From Gammaproteobacteria bacterium (lineage in GTDB: Bacteria; Pseudomonadota; Gammaproteobacteria; Pseudomonadales; CAMLJR01): a DNA stretch of 64,000 nucleotides. The notes beneath the pieces are model-generated. The model was not told where the DNA came from and did no database searches. It saw only the letters and a program-made list of their open reading frames with translations. The position numbers were made by a program, and so were the translations under genes. Shown in pieces: positions 26,212 to 37,349 of this stretch. Position 1 is the stretch's first letter, and every line of letters begins with the position of its first letter. The DNA lies in contig JAJUJZ010000001.1 in assembly GCA_029265075.1 (NCBI GenBank), positions 2,013 through 66,012 of the forward strand. The letters are read 5' to 3'.

Positions 26212-27408
26212 CTATGGTAACCCCACCGCGACGCGATGAACCGCGATCAGTTGGCGGGCCCGGGACCGCGCCTCCGCATCGGCCGCCAGAATCGACTCCA
26301 GCGTATCCGCCGGACCGGTTATCGCCGTTTCCAGCACCAGCTCGATAATCCGGGCGATATCGGTGAACCTCACCCGCCCGGCCAGAAATGCAGCCACTGC
26401 CTCTTCATTGGCAGCATTGAGCACCGCGGGCGCCGTGCCGCCACTTTCGAAGGCGCTCGTGGCCAGCCGCAGACAGGGAAAACGGTCGTAATCGGGCGCT
26501 TCGAACTCCAGCCGCCCCTGCGCGATGAGATCCAGCGGCGCCACGCCGGCGCTGATGCGTTCAGGCCAGGCCAGCGCATGGGCGATGGGCGTGCGCATAT
26601 CAGGATTACCGAGCTGGGCCAGCACCGACCCGTCAACATACTCCACCATGCTGTGGATGACGGACTGCGGATGCACCACGATTTCCACCTGAGCCGGGGT
26701 GGCATCAAATAGCCAGCAGGCCTCGATCAGCTCCAGCCCCTTGTTCATCATGGTGGCAGAGTCGATGGAGATCTTGGGGCCCATGGCCCAGTTGGGATGC
26801 GCACACGCCTCAGCTGGCGTAACTGTGGCGAGCTCTGCCAGCGGTCGCTGCCGGAACGGCCCGCCTGAACCAGTCAGCAGAATGCGCCGGACGCCGACAG
26901 TCCCCAGCCCGCGCTGGTAGTCGGCCGGCATGCACTGGAAGATCGCGTTGTGCTCGCTGTCGACGGGCAGCAGTGTGGCGCCAGCCGCGGCTACCGCGTC
27001 CATGAACAGGCGACCCGCCATCACCAGCGCTTCTTTATTGACCAGCATGACCTGTTTGCCGGCCCGGGCCGCTGCCAGGGTCGGCTGCAGCCCCGCCGCC
27101 CCGACGATGCCTGCCATGACCGCGTCCACTTCAGCATGCTCAGCCACGGCGATGAGCCCCGCTTCACCGCTCAGCACCTCGGTAGCGATACCCCGCGCCT
27201 GCAGGCGCGCCGCCAGCTGTTCCGCCGCCGCTTCGCTGCGCAGTACCGCAAACCGCGGCTGGAAGCGCGCCGCCAGCTCCGCCAGCTTATCGACACCGGT
27301 GTTGGCTGTGAGGGCAAAGACGCGATAGCGGTCGGGATGCCGCGCGATGACGTCGAGAGTGCTGTCACCGATGGAGCCGGTCGCACCCAGAACGGTAATG
27401 TTTTTCAC
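26212..27408 (-). CDS. dxr: 1-deoxy-D-xylulose 5-phosphate reductoisomerase, 398 aa from GTG 27408
   Basis: (V)[22 protein letters not shown]-binding N-terminus. GTG lies 8 nt after the cdsA stop. The ORF-track extension overlaps cdsA. Confidence 0.93.
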   Translation of the reverse strand: MKNITVLGATGSIGDSTLDVIARHPDRYRVFALTANTGVDKLAELAARFQPRFAVLRSEAAAEQLAARLQARGIATEVLSGEAGLIAVAEHAEVDAVMAGIVGAAGLQPTLAAARAGKQVMLVNKEALVMAGRLFMDAVAAAGATLLPVDSEHNAIFQCMPADYQRGLGTVGVRRILLTGSGGPFRQRPLAELATVTPAEACAHPNWAMGPKISIDSATMMNKGLELIEACWLFDATPAQVEIVVHPQSVIHSMVEYVDGSVLAQLGNPDMRTPIAHALAWPERISAGVAPLDLIAQGRLEFEAPDYDRFPCLRLATSAFESGGTAPAVLNAANEEAVAAFLAGRVRFTDIARIIELVLETAITGPADTLESILAADAEARSRARQLIAVHRVAVGLP

Positions 27409-27415
27409 AGAGTAC

Positions 27416-28246
27416 CTACCACGCAGCCAGCAACAGACCCAATGCGAACACCGGTGCAGCTGCACATAAACTGTCGAGACGGTCGAGCACGCCGCCATGT
27501 CCAGGCAGCAGGGTACCGCTGTCTTTGACGCCGCGATAGCGCTTGACCATGCTTTCCGTCAGGTCGCCGACCACCGATGCCAGCAGCGTAGTAGCGGCGA
27601 CGACCGCCATGGCGCCGATGCCGACGCGCGTGGACCACGCCAGCCACCACACCAGCAGCGTAAACAGCAGGCCGCACCCCATGCCACCGATAAAGCCCTC
27701 CCAGGATTTGCCGGGGCTGACCTGCGGCGCCAGCTTGTGCCGCCCGAAGGCGCGACCGAAGCCATAGGCGCCGATATCGGCGCTCGCGACCAGCGCAACC
27801 AGGAAAATGATCAGCCAGGCCCCCTGCTCCAGCCCCCGCAGATAAATCAGTGCCAGCCAGGTAGGCAGCACAGCCAGCCAGCCCATGACGGCGCGGCTCC
27901 AGCGACTGCCCCAGCTGCCAGCGGTGGCCGGATAGGTAAGCACGGCAGCGGCAGCCAGCAGCCACGCCACGGCAGCCACACCCAGGACGATCTGCAGGGA
28001 AGGCTGCGCCACCGAGCCACCCACGGCGGTAAGTGGCAGCAGCGCCAGCAGCCCCGCCAGTCCCAGCAGACAATAGCCAGCACGCACGGGAACGCCGGTC
28101 AGGCCCGCCAGATCCGACCACTCCCACAGCGCGGCCGCAACCACGACCGCCAGTACTACGGCCAGTCCACCCAGCGGCAGCAGCAGCACCGCGGCAAGGG
28201 CAGCTGCAGCCAGTACCACGCCCGTCTGAATACGCTGTTTAAGCAC
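27416..28246 (-). CDS. cdsA: Phosphatidate cytidylyltransferase
   Basis: 276 aa polytopic membrane protein with the CdsA signature region ([36 protein letters not shown]). Confidence 0.92.
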   Translation of the reverse strand: MLKQRIQTGVVLAAAALAAVLLLPLGGLAVVLAVVVAAALWEWSDLAGLTGVPVRAGYCLLGLAGLLALLPLTAVGGSVAQPSLQIVLGVAAVAWLLAAAAVLTYPATAGSWGSRWSRAVMGWLAVLPTWLALIYLRGLEQGAWLIIFLVALVASADIGAYGFGRAFGRHKLAPQVSPGKSWEGFIGGMGCGLLFTLLVWWLAWSTRVGIGAMAVVAATTLLASVVGDLTESMVKRYRGVKDSGTLLPGHGGVLDRLDSLCAAAPVFALGLLLAAW

Positions 28247-28997
28247 CCGAAACCTCAGCCAGAGGGGTCACGCGACCACCGAACCGCCGCTCGCGACTGC
28301 CGAACGCCAGCAGCGCCCGCTCCATCTGCTGCTGGTCAAAATCGGGCCAGAGGGTATCGGTGAAATAGAACTCTGCATAGGCAGCCTGCCAGAGCAGAAA
28401 ATTACTGATACGTTGCTCGCCAGCGGTACGAATGACCAGATCGGGCGGCGGCAGGCCTGCGAGCGCGGTGTGCTGATCGATGAGCTGTTCGTCGATGGCC
28501 TCGGGATCGAGCTTGCCAGCTGCGACCTGCCGGGCCAGCGTGCGGGTGGCCTCGGCAATGTCCCAGCGACCGCCGTAGTCGACCGCGATTACCAGCGTCG
28601 CGCCAGTGTTACCGGCAGTCAGCTCTTCAGCCTCACGCATTTTCCTGATCAGCGCCGGCTTCAGCCGGGTGCGTTGCCCGGCAAAACGCAGCCGCACATT
28701 ATCCCGGTGCAGCTTACGCACTTCGCTGTTCAGATAGGTGGAAAAGAGTTGCATCAGCGCGGCAACTTCACTGTTCGGCCGACTCCAGTTTTCACTGCTG
28801 AAGGCGAACAGCGTCAGCACCTCGACCTGATGCTCGCGGCAGGCACGCAGCACGCCCCGGATGCATTCCACACCGGCACGATGCCCGGCACTGCCTGGCA
28901 GGCCCCTGCGCTTCGCCCAGCGATTGTTGCCGTCCATGATAATGGCGACGTGCCGCGGCACCGTCGCCGACGCTGTGAGGAGCCCGGTATTTGTCAT
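28239..28997 (-). CDS. uppS: Ditrans,polycis-undecaprenyl-diphosphate synthase
   Basis: 252 aa. HVAIIMDGNNRWA and FAFSSENWSRP motifs. Confidence 0.95.
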   Translation of the reverse strand: MTNTGLLTASATVPRHVAIIMDGNNRWAKRRGLPGSAGHRAGVECIRGVLRACREHQVEVLTLFAFSSENWSRPNSEVAALMQLFSTYLNSEVRKLHRDNVRLRFAGQRTRLKPALIRKMREAEELTAGNTGATLVIAVDYGGRWDIAEATRTLARQVAAGKLDPEAIDEQLIDQHTALAGLPPPDLVIRTAGEQRISNFLLWQAAYAEFYFTDTLWPDFDQQQMERALLAFGSRERRFGGRVTPLAEVSGA

Positions 28998-29034
28998 ATT
29001 GCCTCGTCGATGACGAACGGAGCAGCCAGGTTGC

Positions 29035-29592
29035 TCAGAAAGCCATCAGATCAGCTTCCTTGGCGGCCAGCGCTTTATCGATTTCCGCGATATAGCGGTC
29101 GGTCAGCTTCTGGATCTCATCAGCGGCCCGACGTTCGTCGTCCTCGCTGATCTCTTTTTCCTTAACCAGCTCTTTGATATCAGCGAGCACATCGCGCCGG
29201 ATGTTGCGAATCGAGACCCGGCTGCTTTCGGCTTCTGCCCGCGCCTGCTTGATATAGCCCTTGCGCGTCTCTTCCGTCAAAGGCGGCATCGGAATCCGGA
29301 TGACATTACCGGCCGAGTTCGGGTTCAGACCGAGGTCCGATTTCATGATCGCCTTCTCAACTTCAGGGACCATGGTCCGCTCCCATGGCGTCACCGTGAG
29401 GGTTCGCGCATCCTCGACGCCGATATTGGCAACCTGGCTGAGAGGCACTTCGCTGCCGTAATAGCTGATGCGAATGGTGTCGAGCAGGCTGGGATGTGCC
29501 CGCCCCGTGCGAATCTTGTTGAAATTGTGGCCGAGCGCCTCGACCGACTTCTTCATCCGCGCCTCGGCATCTTTTTTGAGGTCGTTGATCAC
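29035..29592 (-). CDS. frr: Ribosome recycling factor
   Basis: 185 aa, (V)[19 protein letters not shown]..., GTG start. pyrH-frr-uppS order. Confidence 0.95.
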   Translation of the reverse strand: MINDLKKDAEARMKKSVEALGHNFNKIRTGRAHPSLLDTIRISYYGSEVPLSQVANIGVEDARTLTVTPWERTMVPEVEKAIMKSDLGLNPNSAGNVIRIPMPPLTEETRKGYIKQARAEAESSRVSIRNIRRDVLADIKELVKEKEISEDDERRAADEIQKLTDRYIAEIDKALAAKEADLMAF

Positions 29593-29668
29593 GCTTTTCT
29601 CCTAAAGGTCCGGCCAATACCTTCGGCCAGCACGCAGCGACCGAAGCAAAGCTCGAAATCTATCTTAC

Positions 29669-30400
29669 TCAGTCGGCGCCGTGTACCAGCGTCCCTTCGT
29701 CTCCGCCCACAATGATATTCAGCAGCGCGCCCGCCTTCTCCATCGCGAACACCCGCACCGGCAGATTGTGGTCCCGGCAGAGGCAGATGGCCGTGAGATC
29801 CATGACCTCCAGCTTCTGATCCAGCACCTCATCGTAACTCAGCGTGCTGTATTTGACTGCATCGGGGTTACGCAGCGGGTCTTCATTGTAGATACCATCG
29901 ACCTTGGTGGCCTTCAGCACCAGATCTGCCTGCACCTCGATACCGCGCAGACAGGCCGCTGAATCGGTCGTAAAGAAGGGATTGCCGGTGCCGGCAGCGA
30001 AAATCACCACTTCGCCCCGCTCCAGGGCGCGGACCGCCTTGCGGCGATCATAGTGATCCACCACGCCGCTCATCGGGATGGCAGACATAACACGCGACAC
30101 AATGTTGCTGCGCTCCAGCGCATCGCGCATTGCCAGCGCATTCATTACAGTGGCCAGCATGCCCATGTGGTCACCGGTCACGCGATCCAGGCCGGCGGCC
30201 TGCAGCGCGGCTCCGCGAAACAGGTTGCCGCCACCAATGACCAGTCCGATCTGGACGCCGATGCCAACCAGCTGTCCAATTTCGAGCGCCATCCGATCAA
30301 GTATGCGAGGATCGATTCCGACGCCGTCCTTACCCAGCGCCTCACCGCTCAGCTTGAGCAGGATGCGTTTGTATTTCTTGTCGCGGGAGAGGGTCGCCAT
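29669..30400 (-). CDS. pyrH: UMP kinase
   Basis: 243 aa. [13 protein letters not shown] and [13 protein letters not shown] motifs. Confidence 0.96.
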   Translation of the reverse strand: MATLSRDKKYKRILLKLSGEALGKDGVGIDPRILDRMALEIGQLVGIGVQIGLVIGGGNLFRGAALQAAGLDRVTGDHMGMLATVMNALAMRDALERSNIVSRVMSAIPMSGVVDHYDRRKAVRALERGEVVIFAAGTGNPFFTTDSAACLRGIEVQADLVLKATKVDGIYNEDPLRNPDAVKYSTLSYDEVLDQKLEVMDLTAICLCRDHNLPVRVFAMEKAGALLNIIVGGDEGTLVHGAD

Positions 30401-30484
30401 CGATTACTCCTTGCCGATCAATTACGTGACCCCGGCACCGCCTGACCGTAGCGGCGCGGCCAGAGGCCGGGATTACGGCGCTAT

Positions 30485-30507
30485 AAAAACGGGGCCAGCG
30501 GCCCCGT
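30485..30507 (-). terminator. Rho-independent terminator after tsf
   Basis: Minus strand reads ACGGGGC-cgctg-GCCCCGT followed by TTTTAT, 20 nt after the tsf stop. Confidence 0.7.
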
Positions 30508-30526
30508 CCGGACCTGCCTGCCCGAC

Positions 30527-31399
30527 TCAGTTCTTGATGCCGGCGGCGGCCGCGACTTCAGCTGCGAAGTCTACCTCTTCCTTCTCGATGCCCTCACCCA
30601 CCTCAAAGCGGATGAAGCCTTCGACATCGGCGCCCGATTTCTTCACCAGTGCACCCACGGTGACTTCCGGGTCCTTGACGAACGGCTGATCGAGCAGGCT
30701 GCTTTCTGCCAGGAACTTCTTGATACGGCCGCCGATCATCTTCTCAATGATGTCGTCCGGCTTACCGGTTTCGCGAGCTTGAGCGATATAGATCTCTTTC
30801 TCGCGCTCGATCACATCGGCCGGCATATCTTCCGGACGCACGACGGCCGGATTAACCGCTGCGACATGCATTGCCACGTCTTTCGCCAGCTCCGAATCGC
30901 CGCCTTTCAGCGCAACCAGAACGCCGATGCGGTTGTTGGAGTGAACGTAGGCGCCCACAGCACCCGCTGCCGCGTCGACCACGGAGATGCGGCGCACACC
31001 GATGTTTTCGCCGATCTTCTGAACCAGCGCCTGGCGGGCATTTTCCAGCTCACCTTCCATCAGCGCGGCGACATCGGTCTGCTTCGCAGTAAATGCTTTG
31101 TCCAGAACCTGATTGACAAAGTCGAGGAAGTTGCTGTCACGGGCGACGAAGTCGGTTTCACTGTTCACTTCAACGATGACGCCGTAGCTGCCATCTGCAG
31201 CCACACGGGCCGCAACTACGCCGTCCGCAGCAACGCGGCCGGCCTTCTTGGCTGCCTTGAGGCCGCTCGACTTGCGCAGCTCATCAATTGCTTTTTCGAT
31301 ATCGCCGCCTGCATCGACCAGCGCCTTCTTGCACTCCATCATGCCGAGGCCAGTACGGTCGCGCAGCTCTTTGACCATGGAAGCAGTGATTTCTGCCAT
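30527..31399 (-). CDS. tsf: Elongation factor Ts, 290 aa from ATG 31399
   Basis: [30 protein letters not shown]-like N-terminus. rpsB-tsf order. The ORF-track extension is spurious. Confidence 0.96.
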   Translation of the reverse strand: MAEITASMVKELRDRTGLGMMECKKALVDAGGDIEKAIDELRKSSGLKAAKKAGRVAADGVVAARVAADGSYGVIVEVNSETDFVARDSNFLDFVNQVLDKAFTAKQTDVAALMEGELENARQALVQKIGENIGVRRISVVDAAAGAVGAYVHSNNRIGVLVALKGGDSELAKDVAMHVAAVNPAVVRPEDMPADVIEREKEIYIAQARETGKPDDIIEKMIGGRIKKFLAESSLLDQPFVKDPEVTVGALVKKSGADVEGFIRFEVGEGIEKEEVDFAAEVAAAAGIKN

Positions 31400-31515
31400 G
31401 AGAATTCCTCCGATCTGTCGGCCAGCAAACAAAGCCAGGCCGAAGTAATGATTTGGCGGGGGACCCAGCATTGCTGTGACACCCCGGAGGCCGTGCCACA
31501 CGTCAGCGGTATCGT

Positions 31516-31540
31516 CAAAAAGGGGGCCTTGCCCCCTTTA
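31516..31540 (-). terminator. Intercistronic terminator/attenuator hairpin between rpsB and tsf
   Basis: Minus strand reads AAAGGGGGC-aag-GCCCCCTTT followed by TTGA. An attenuator between rpsB and tsf is known in E. coli. Confidence 0.6.
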
Positions 31541-31586
31541 ACCGCAACGGTCGCAGCGACCGTCAGGCGCATCAGGCTGCGGCAGA

Positions 31587-32339
31587 TTACTCCGCTGCGC
31601 CTTCCTCGGCCTGTACTTCTACGAAGTCGCCGGGCACAGCTGCGCCGGAATCGGCACGGCCGGCAAGCACGGCGTCAGCCATGGCAGAGGCATACAGCTT
31701 GACTGCACGGATGGCGTCGTCGTTACCGGGAATGACGTAGTCCACGCCTTCCGGGTCGCTGTTGGTATCGACCACCCCAATGACAGGAATGCCCAGCTTG
31801 CCGGCTTCCTGGATGGCGATACGCTCATGGTCAACGTCGATGATGAACAGAGCGTCAGGCAGACCAGCCATATCCTTGATACCACCGATGGAGCGCTCGA
31901 GCTTCTCCATGTCGCGGGTGCGCATCAGGGCTTCTTTTTTGGTCAGCTTGTCGAAAGTACCGTCCTGGCTCTGAGCTTCGAGCTCACGCAGACGCTTGAT
32001 CGACTGACGGATGGTCTTGTAGTTGGTGAGCATACCGCCCAGCCAGCGATGGCTGACGTAAGGCATGCCACAACGCTCGGCCTGCTCCTTGATGATTTTG
32101 CCCGCCGAACGCTTGGTACCGACGAACAGGATCTTGTTCTTGCTGGCAGCCAGCTTGCGGACGAATGCCAGCGCTTCGTTGAAGGCCGGAACCGTCTGCT
32201 CGAGGTTGATGATATGAATCTTGTTGCGGGCGCCAAAGATATAGGGCGCCATTTTCGGGTTCCAGTAACGGGTCTGGTGGCCGAAGTGAACGCCGGCCTG
32301 CAGCATTTCACGCATGCTGACTTGCGGAAGTTGGGACAT
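31587..32339 (-). CDS. rpsB: 30S ribosomal protein S2, 250 aa from ATG 32339
   Basis: [30 protein letters not shown]. The ORF-track TTG at 32474 lies inside the promoter region. Confidence 0.96.
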   Translation of the reverse strand: MSQLPQVSMREMLQAGVHFGHQTRYWNPKMAPYIFGARNKIHIINLEQTVPAFNEALAFVRKLAASKNKILFVGTKRSAGKIIKEQAERCGMPYVSHRWLGGMLTNYKTIRQSIKRLRELEAQSQDGTFDKLTKKEALMRTRDMEKLERSIGGIKDMAGLPDALFIIDVDHERIAIQEAGKLGIPVIGVVDTNSDPEGVDYVIPGNDDAIRAVKLYASAMADAVLAGRADSGAAVPGDFVEVQAEEGAAE

Positions 32340-32462
32340 GACTGTTCCTTGCGATTGGGTTAAACCTCCATGCATCCCACCTGCCCACTCCGCGAGGAGC
32401 ACCCAGGCCGATGTGCCGATGCATGTGTGTCGGTAGCCCTGGCCGGACACCAGGGACGGCGC

Positions 32463-32473
32463 TTTATACCACA
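32463..32473 (-). promoter_or_regulatory. rpsB promoter, extended -10 element TGTGGTATAAA
   Basis: Exact TGTGGTATAAA on the minus strand, about 125 nt upstream of the rpsB ATG. As I recall it, this is the extended -10 reported for E. coli rpsB and conserved in gammaproteobacteria. It implies a ~115-nt structured leader (32340-32455). Confidence 0.6.
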
Positions 32474-32595
32474 ACGCCGGGCTGGCATAAAGACGAAACG
32501 CGGCTTTCCGACAGCGGCTTCGCCCCTCTTCCGCGTTGGTTTACAATGCCCGACCACCCTGCGGCCCTGCCGCCTTACGGAATCTGCGTTGTCCT

Positions 32596-33384
32596 ATGAC
32601 TGTTTCCATCAAGACCCCCGACGAACTCGAGCGCATGCGCGTCGCCTGCCGGCTGGCCGCCGAGGTGCTTGAGATGATCGGGCCGTATGTCCAGCCCGGT
32701 GTCACAACCGAAGAGCTCGACAGAATCTGCCACGACTACATTGTTAACGTACAGAAGGCGATTCCGGCGCCGCTCAATTACCACGGTTTTCCGAAATCGA
32801 TCTGCACCTCGGTCAACGATGTGGTGTGCCATGGCATTCCATCGGAAAAACGGGTACTCAAAGATGGGGATATCATCAACATCGATATCACGGTGATCAA
32901 GGATGAGTTCCACGGCGACACCAGCGCCATGTTCCATGTCGGCAAACCGCTGCCGCATGCTGAGCGGCTGGTGCGCGTGACCCAGGAGTGCCTATATAAA
33001 GGTATCGAACTGGTCCGGCCCGGCGCCCGCCTCGGCGACATCGGCCACGTGATTCAGACTCACGCCGAATCCAATTATTACTCAGTGGTACGTGAGTACT
33101 GCGGCCATGGCATCGGCCGGGTCTTCCACGAGGAGCCGCAGGTGCTCCACTACGGCACGCCCGGTACCGGGCTCGAGCTGCGCGAAGGCATGGTCTTCAC
33201 CATCGAGCCGATGATCAACGCCGGCAAGCGCCATGTGAAGCTGAACCGCAAGGACGGCTGGACCGTCAGCACCAAAGACGGCCGCCTGTCGGCACAGTGG
33301 GAGCACACCGTCGCTGTCACGGCGGATGGCTATGAAGTTCTGACTGCCCGCAAAGAAGAAACTGCGTACTATCGCGCCTCATGA
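32596..33384 (+). CDS. map: Type I methionine aminopeptidase, 262 aa from ATG 32596
   Basis: MTVSIKTPDELERMR..., metal ligands in the VCHGIP / DIINIDIT / HGIG / FTIEP / WEHT context. Divergent from rpsB. Confidence 0.95.
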   Translation: MTVSIKTPDELERMRVACRLAAEVLEMIGPYVQPGVTTEELDRICHDYIVNVQKAIPAPLNYHGFPKSICTSVNDVVCHGIPSEKRVLKDGDIINIDITVIKDEFHGDTSAMFHVGKPLPHAERLVRVTQECLYKGIELVRPGARLGDIGHVIQTHAESNYYSVVREYCGHGIGRVFHEEPQVLHYGTPGTGLELREGMVFTIEPMINAGKRHVKLNRKDGWTVSTKDGRLSAQWEHTVAVTADGYEVLTARKEETAYYRAS

Positions 33385-36053
33385 CCTCACCGCTACCGAC
33401 CACAGTGTTCGATGCCGGCGCCTTCACCGCCGGCCTGGTCGGTCACAACCCGCTGGACCCCTGCAAAGCGGCCCTGGAGCGTGCACGGCAGCAGCTCGAT
33501 GCACTGTTCAGGGAGGGTCACGATATTCGCGCGCTGGTGCACATGCGCGCGGCCGTGATCGATGAACTGCTGAGCGCAGTCTGGCGCCTGCAGCCGTGGC
33601 CGGAGCCTGCACCGACGCTGCTGGCCGTGGGCGGCTACGGACGCGGCGAGCTGCTGCCGCACTCCGACATCGACATCCTGATCCTGACACCACAGGAGCC
33701 CGGCACCTCCTACGCCGAACCCGTCGAAAATTTCATCCGGTTGCTGTGGGATATCGGTCTCAATGTCGGGCACAGTGTGCGCACGCTCGATGAATGCGTC
33801 GACCAGGCCGCGCGCGATATCACTATCGTCACCAACCTGATGGAGTCGCGGGTACTGGTCGGCTCCACTGTCGCTCACGAAGCGCTGCTGGCCGCGACCG
33901 GCCCCGACCGCATGTGGCCGAGCCGCGAATTTCTGCGGGCCAAGTGGGACGAACAGATCCAGCGGCACCGCAAGTTCGGCAACACCGAATACAACCTCGA
34001 GCCCAACGTCAAAAGCTCGCCGGGCGCGCTGCGCGATATCCAGATGGTGGGCTGGGTCGCGAAACGTCACTTTGGCGTCAGCCATCTGGAGGCGCTGCAG
34101 GAGCGTGGCTTTCTCTCCACCGACGAGATGCAGCAGCTGCAGGAGGGACAGGCCTATCTGTGGCGCATCCGCTATGGTCTGCACATGCTGGCCAATCGCG
34201 AGGAAGATCGTCTGCTGTTCGACCATCAGCGGGCTCTGGCCCGGCTGTTCGGATTCGAGGATGACGACCACCGCCTCGGGGTCGAGCGCTTTATGCAGAC
34301 CTACTACCGGTGGGTACTGGAGCTGGGTCAGCTCAATGAAGTACTGATGCAGTACTTCGACGAGGCGATCCTGCGCGCCTGCGAACCGGAACAGGTGATG
34401 GTCATCAATCCCCGCTTCCGGGTCCGCAATGGCTACATCGAGGTCACCAACGACAAGGTGTTCCGGCGCACGCCCTCGGCACTGCTGGAAATCTTCGTAC
34501 TGCTGGCCGAGCGCAGTCACATCAGCGGCGTGCGCGCTTCCACCATTCGCCTGATTCGCGACAGTATCGATCTGATCGACGACCGGTTCCGTGCCGATCC
34601 GCGCAACCGCCGTGCCTTCATGGAGCTGCTGCGCAGCACCCAGAACCTGACACCCCAGCTGCGCCGCATGCGGCGCTACGGTGTACTGGGAGCGTATCTG
34701 CCAGAGTTCGGACGCATCGTTGGACAGATGCAGCACGACCTCTTCCACATCTACACGGTCGATGCGCACACGCTCGAAGTGCTCAAGAACATGCGCCGCT
34801 TCCAGTATCCGGATGCGGTTGAGGAGAATCCGGTGGTGGCGCGCAGTGTGCGGCGCCTGCCCAAGATCGAGCTGCTCTATATCGCCGGGCTCTACCATGA
34901 CATTGGCAAGGGGCGCGGCGGCGACCACTCGACGCTGGGTGCGGTTGATGCGATTGCCTTCTGTGAGCGGCACGGCCTCAACAGGCGCGATACCAATCTG
35001 GTGGCATGGCTGGTGGAGAAACACCTGCTGATGTCCTCCGTCGCGCAGCGCCAGGATATTTCCGATCCTGACGTGATTCGTAAATTTGCGGTGGAGGTGG
35101 GTGACAGCATCCGCCTCGACTACCTGTTCGTACTGACGGTGGCCGACATTACGGCAACCAACCCGACACTCTGGAACTCCTGGCGCGCGGCGCTGCTGCG
35201 GCAGCTATATGCTGAAACCAAGCGGGCACTGCGACGCGGTCTGGAGAAGCCGGTCGACAAGCAGGAGTGGATCGAAGAGACCCAGCAGAGCGCTATTCGC
35301 GTGCTGGAAGGGCTCGGCTTCGACGAGGATGAGATCTGGGCGCTGTGGAAGGAGACCGCGGAAGATTATTTCCTGCGGGAAAAGCCGGAGGATATCGCCT
35401 GGCATACCCAGGCGATCGCAGCTCACGAAAGCCGCGATGACGCGCTGGTGCTGGTCAAAGAGAGCAGCGACACCCTGCTCGACCCGGCCACACAAATTTT
35501 CGTGCGCAGCCACCATGCCCCGCTACTGTTTGCAGTGCTGGCATCGGCGATGGAGCAGCTCAACCTGAACATTCAGGACGCGCGGCTTTATCAGTCGCAC
35601 GGCGGCTACGTGCTGTATACCTTCTACGTGCTCGACGCAAGCGGCCGCCCGATTGGCGATGACGCGGCGCGGATTCAGCACATTCAGCACTTCATTGCCC
35701 GCCAGCTGCAGCACGTCGACTCCTTCCCCGAGATCATGCGCAAGCGCACACCCCGCCAGCTGCGCCTGTTCTCGACACCAACTGTGACCAGCCTGTTTAC
35801 CGATACCGGCAAGAACCAGACCGTGCTGGAGGTGATTACCCCGGACCGTCCCGGCCTGCTCGCCCGTATCGGCCGCATCTTCTATCAGTACGGCATTGAA
35901 CTGCAGAACGCCAAAATCACCACCCTTGGCGCGCGGGTGGAAGACGTCTTCTTTATTACCGACAACCAGCAGCGGCCGATCGAGAATCCCGAGCTTTGTG
36001 CCGAGATTCAGCGTGCCATCAAGAAAGAACTCGACGAAAAGGCGGCCGTCTGA
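33381..36053 (+). CDS. glnD: Bifunctional [protein-PII] uridylyltransferase/uridylyl-removing enzyme
   Basis: 890 aa. Nucleotidyltransferase (GGYGRGELLPHSDIDILIL), HD domain (LYHDIGKGRGGDHS), two C-terminal ACT domains. ATGA-coupled to map. Confidence 0.95.
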   Translation: MTSPLPTTVFDAGAFTAGLVGHNPLDPCKAALERARQQLDALFREGHDIRALVHMRAAVIDELLSAVWRLQPWPEPAPTLLAVGGYGRGELLPHSDIDILILTPQEPGTSYAEPVENFIRLLWDIGLNVGHSVRTLDECVDQAARDITIVTNLMESRVLVGSTVAHEALLAATGPDRMWPSREFLRAKWDEQIQRHRKFGNTEYNLEPNVKSSPGALRDIQMVGWVAKRHFGVSHLEALQERGFLSTDEMQQLQEGQAYLWRIRYGLHMLANREEDRLLFDHQRALARLFGFEDDDHRLGVERFMQTYYRWVLELGQLNEVLMQYFDEAILRACEPEQVMVINPRFRVRNGYIEVTNDKVFRRTPSALLEIFVLLAERSHISGVRASTIRLIRDSIDLIDDRFRADPRNRRAFMELLRSTQNLTPQLRRMRRYGVLGAYLPEFGRIVGQMQHDLFHIYTVDAHTLEVLKNMRRFQYPDAVEENPVVARSVRRLPKIELLYIAGLYHDIGKGRGGDHSTLGAVDAIAFCERHGLNRRDTNLVAWLVEKHLLMSSVAQRQDISDPDVIRKFAVEVGDSIRLDYLFVLTVADITATNPTLWNSWRAALLRQLYAETKRALRRGLEKPVDKQEWIEETQQSAIRVLEGLGFDEDEIWALWKETAEDYFLREKPEDIAWHTQAIAAHESRDDALVLVKESSDTLLDPATQIFVRSHHAPLLFAVLASAMEQLNLNIQDARLYQSHGGYVLYTFYVLDASGRPIGDDAARIQHIQHFIARQLQHVDSFPEIMRKRTPRQLRLFSTPTVTSLFTDTGKNQTVLEVITPDRPGLLARIGRIFYQYGIELQNAKITTLGARVEDVFFITDNQQRPIENPELCAEIQRAIKKELDEKAAV

Positions 36054-36064
36054 GCCGGCGACAG

Positions 36065-37264
36065 ATGAACTCCGACCTCCAGAAACTGCAGGCCTACCCC
36101 TTCGAGCGGCTGGCCGAACTGAAAGCGGGCATCACGCCACCGGCAGAGCTGACCCATATTTCACTCTCGATCGGCGAACCCAAACATCCGGCGCCACCAT
36201 TCGTTCAACAGGCGCTGATTGAGAACCTGCAGCACCTTTCAACTTACCCCGCGACCAGAGGGCTACCGGAACTGCGCCTGGCAATTGGCGACTGGGCCAC
36301 TTCCCGCTTCCAGCTGTCTCGCCTGCTCGACCATGAGCGCGAAGTACTGCCGGTGAACGGCACGCGCGAAGCGCTGTTCGCCTTTGCCCAGCTCATCGTC
36401 GATCGCAACAGCGGCGCCGACGCGCCGGTGGTGGTCTGTCCCAATCCGTTCTACCAGATCTACGAAGGCGCGGCTTATCTGGCCGGGGCAACACCGTGGT
36501 TTGTGGACTGCACTGCCGGGAACGGTTTTCTGCCCGATTTCGAGACGATACCTGCCGCAGTGTGGGAGCGCTGCCAGCTGCTGTTCGTCTGCAGCCCCGG
36601 CAACCCGACCGGCGCTGTGATGGAGCAGGCTGCGTTCGAGCGGCTGATTGCGTTGGCTGACCAGTATGACTTCGTGATTGCCAGTGACGAGTGTTACTCC
36701 GAACTCTATTTCGACGAGGCGCATCCGCCCCTGGGTCTGCTGCAGGTGTGCGACCGTATCGGTCGACACGATTACCGCCGCTGCGTCGTGTTCCACAGCC
36801 TCTCCAAACGCTCCAACGTGCCGGGGCTGCGCTCCGGCTTCGTAGCCGGAGATGCCGCCATCATGGAGCGCTTCCTGTTGTATCGCACTTATCATGGCTG
36901 CGCGATGCCGTTGCAGCACCAGCTGGCCAGTGTCGCCGCCTGGCGCGATGAAGCGCATGTGCGCGCCAACCGTGCGCTTTATCGCGAGAAATTTATGCGC
37001 GTTCTCGATATCCTCGATGGCGCGCTCGACACGGTCCTGCCAGCAGGAGGGTTCTACCTGTGGGCTGGCACGCCAGATGATGACCGTGATTTTGCTCGCC
37101 GCCTGTTCGCCGAACAGCACATCACCGTGCTGCCAGGTCAGTTCCTGGCGCGGGAAACCGAGCGTGGCAATCCGGGTTATGGACGGGTGCGGCTGGCGCT
37201 GGTAGCGACACTCGAGGAGTGCGTAGAAGCGGCGCAGCGCATTCGCCACATGGTTACCGCCTGA
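36065..37264 (+). CDS. dapC: Succinyldiaminopimelate transaminase (class I aminotransferase), 399 aa
   Basis: MNSDLQKLQAYPFERLAELK N-terminus and PLP-lysine motif HSLSKRSNVPGLRSG. Position after glnD as in pseudomonads. Confidence 0.8.
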   Translation: MNSDLQKLQAYPFERLAELKAGITPPAELTHISLSIGEPKHPAPPFVQQALIENLQHLSTYPATRGLPELRLAIGDWATSRFQLSRLLDHEREVLPVNGTREALFAFAQLIVDRNSGADAPVVVCPNPFYQIYEGAAYLAGATPWFVDCTAGNGFLPDFETIPAAVWERCQLLFVCSPGNPTGAVMEQAAFERLIALADQYDFVIASDECYSELYFDEAHPPLGLLQVCDRIGRHDYRRCVVFHSLSKRSNVPGLRSGFVAGDAAIMERFLLYRTYHGCAMPLQHQLASVAAWRDEAHVRANRALYREKFMRVLDILDGALDTVLPAGGFYLWAGTPDDDRDFARRLFAEQHITVLPGQFLARETERGNPGYGRVRLALVATLEECVEAAQRIRHMVTA

Positions 37265-37349
37265 AGGCGAGGATGGTTTTTGCTGTATCAGCGGCTGGCG
37301 CTGATACAGGCATGCTCGGTGCGAGCATGTGCATGTCTGGTTTATTGAG

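Noticed and set aside
27405-28127. 240-aa Gly/Arg/Ala-rich ORF in an alternative frame of cdsA
   Set aside because: It is on the same strand as cdsA but out of frame. CdsA motifs are only in the 27416-28246 frame, and the product is low-complexity.
33393-35024. 543-aa ORF antisense to glnD
   Set aside because: It lies entirely within, and opposite to, a full-length motif-rich glnD. The product is low-complexity and R/A/G/Q-rich with no recognisable motif. Long antisense ORFs of this kind are a typical high-GC artefact.
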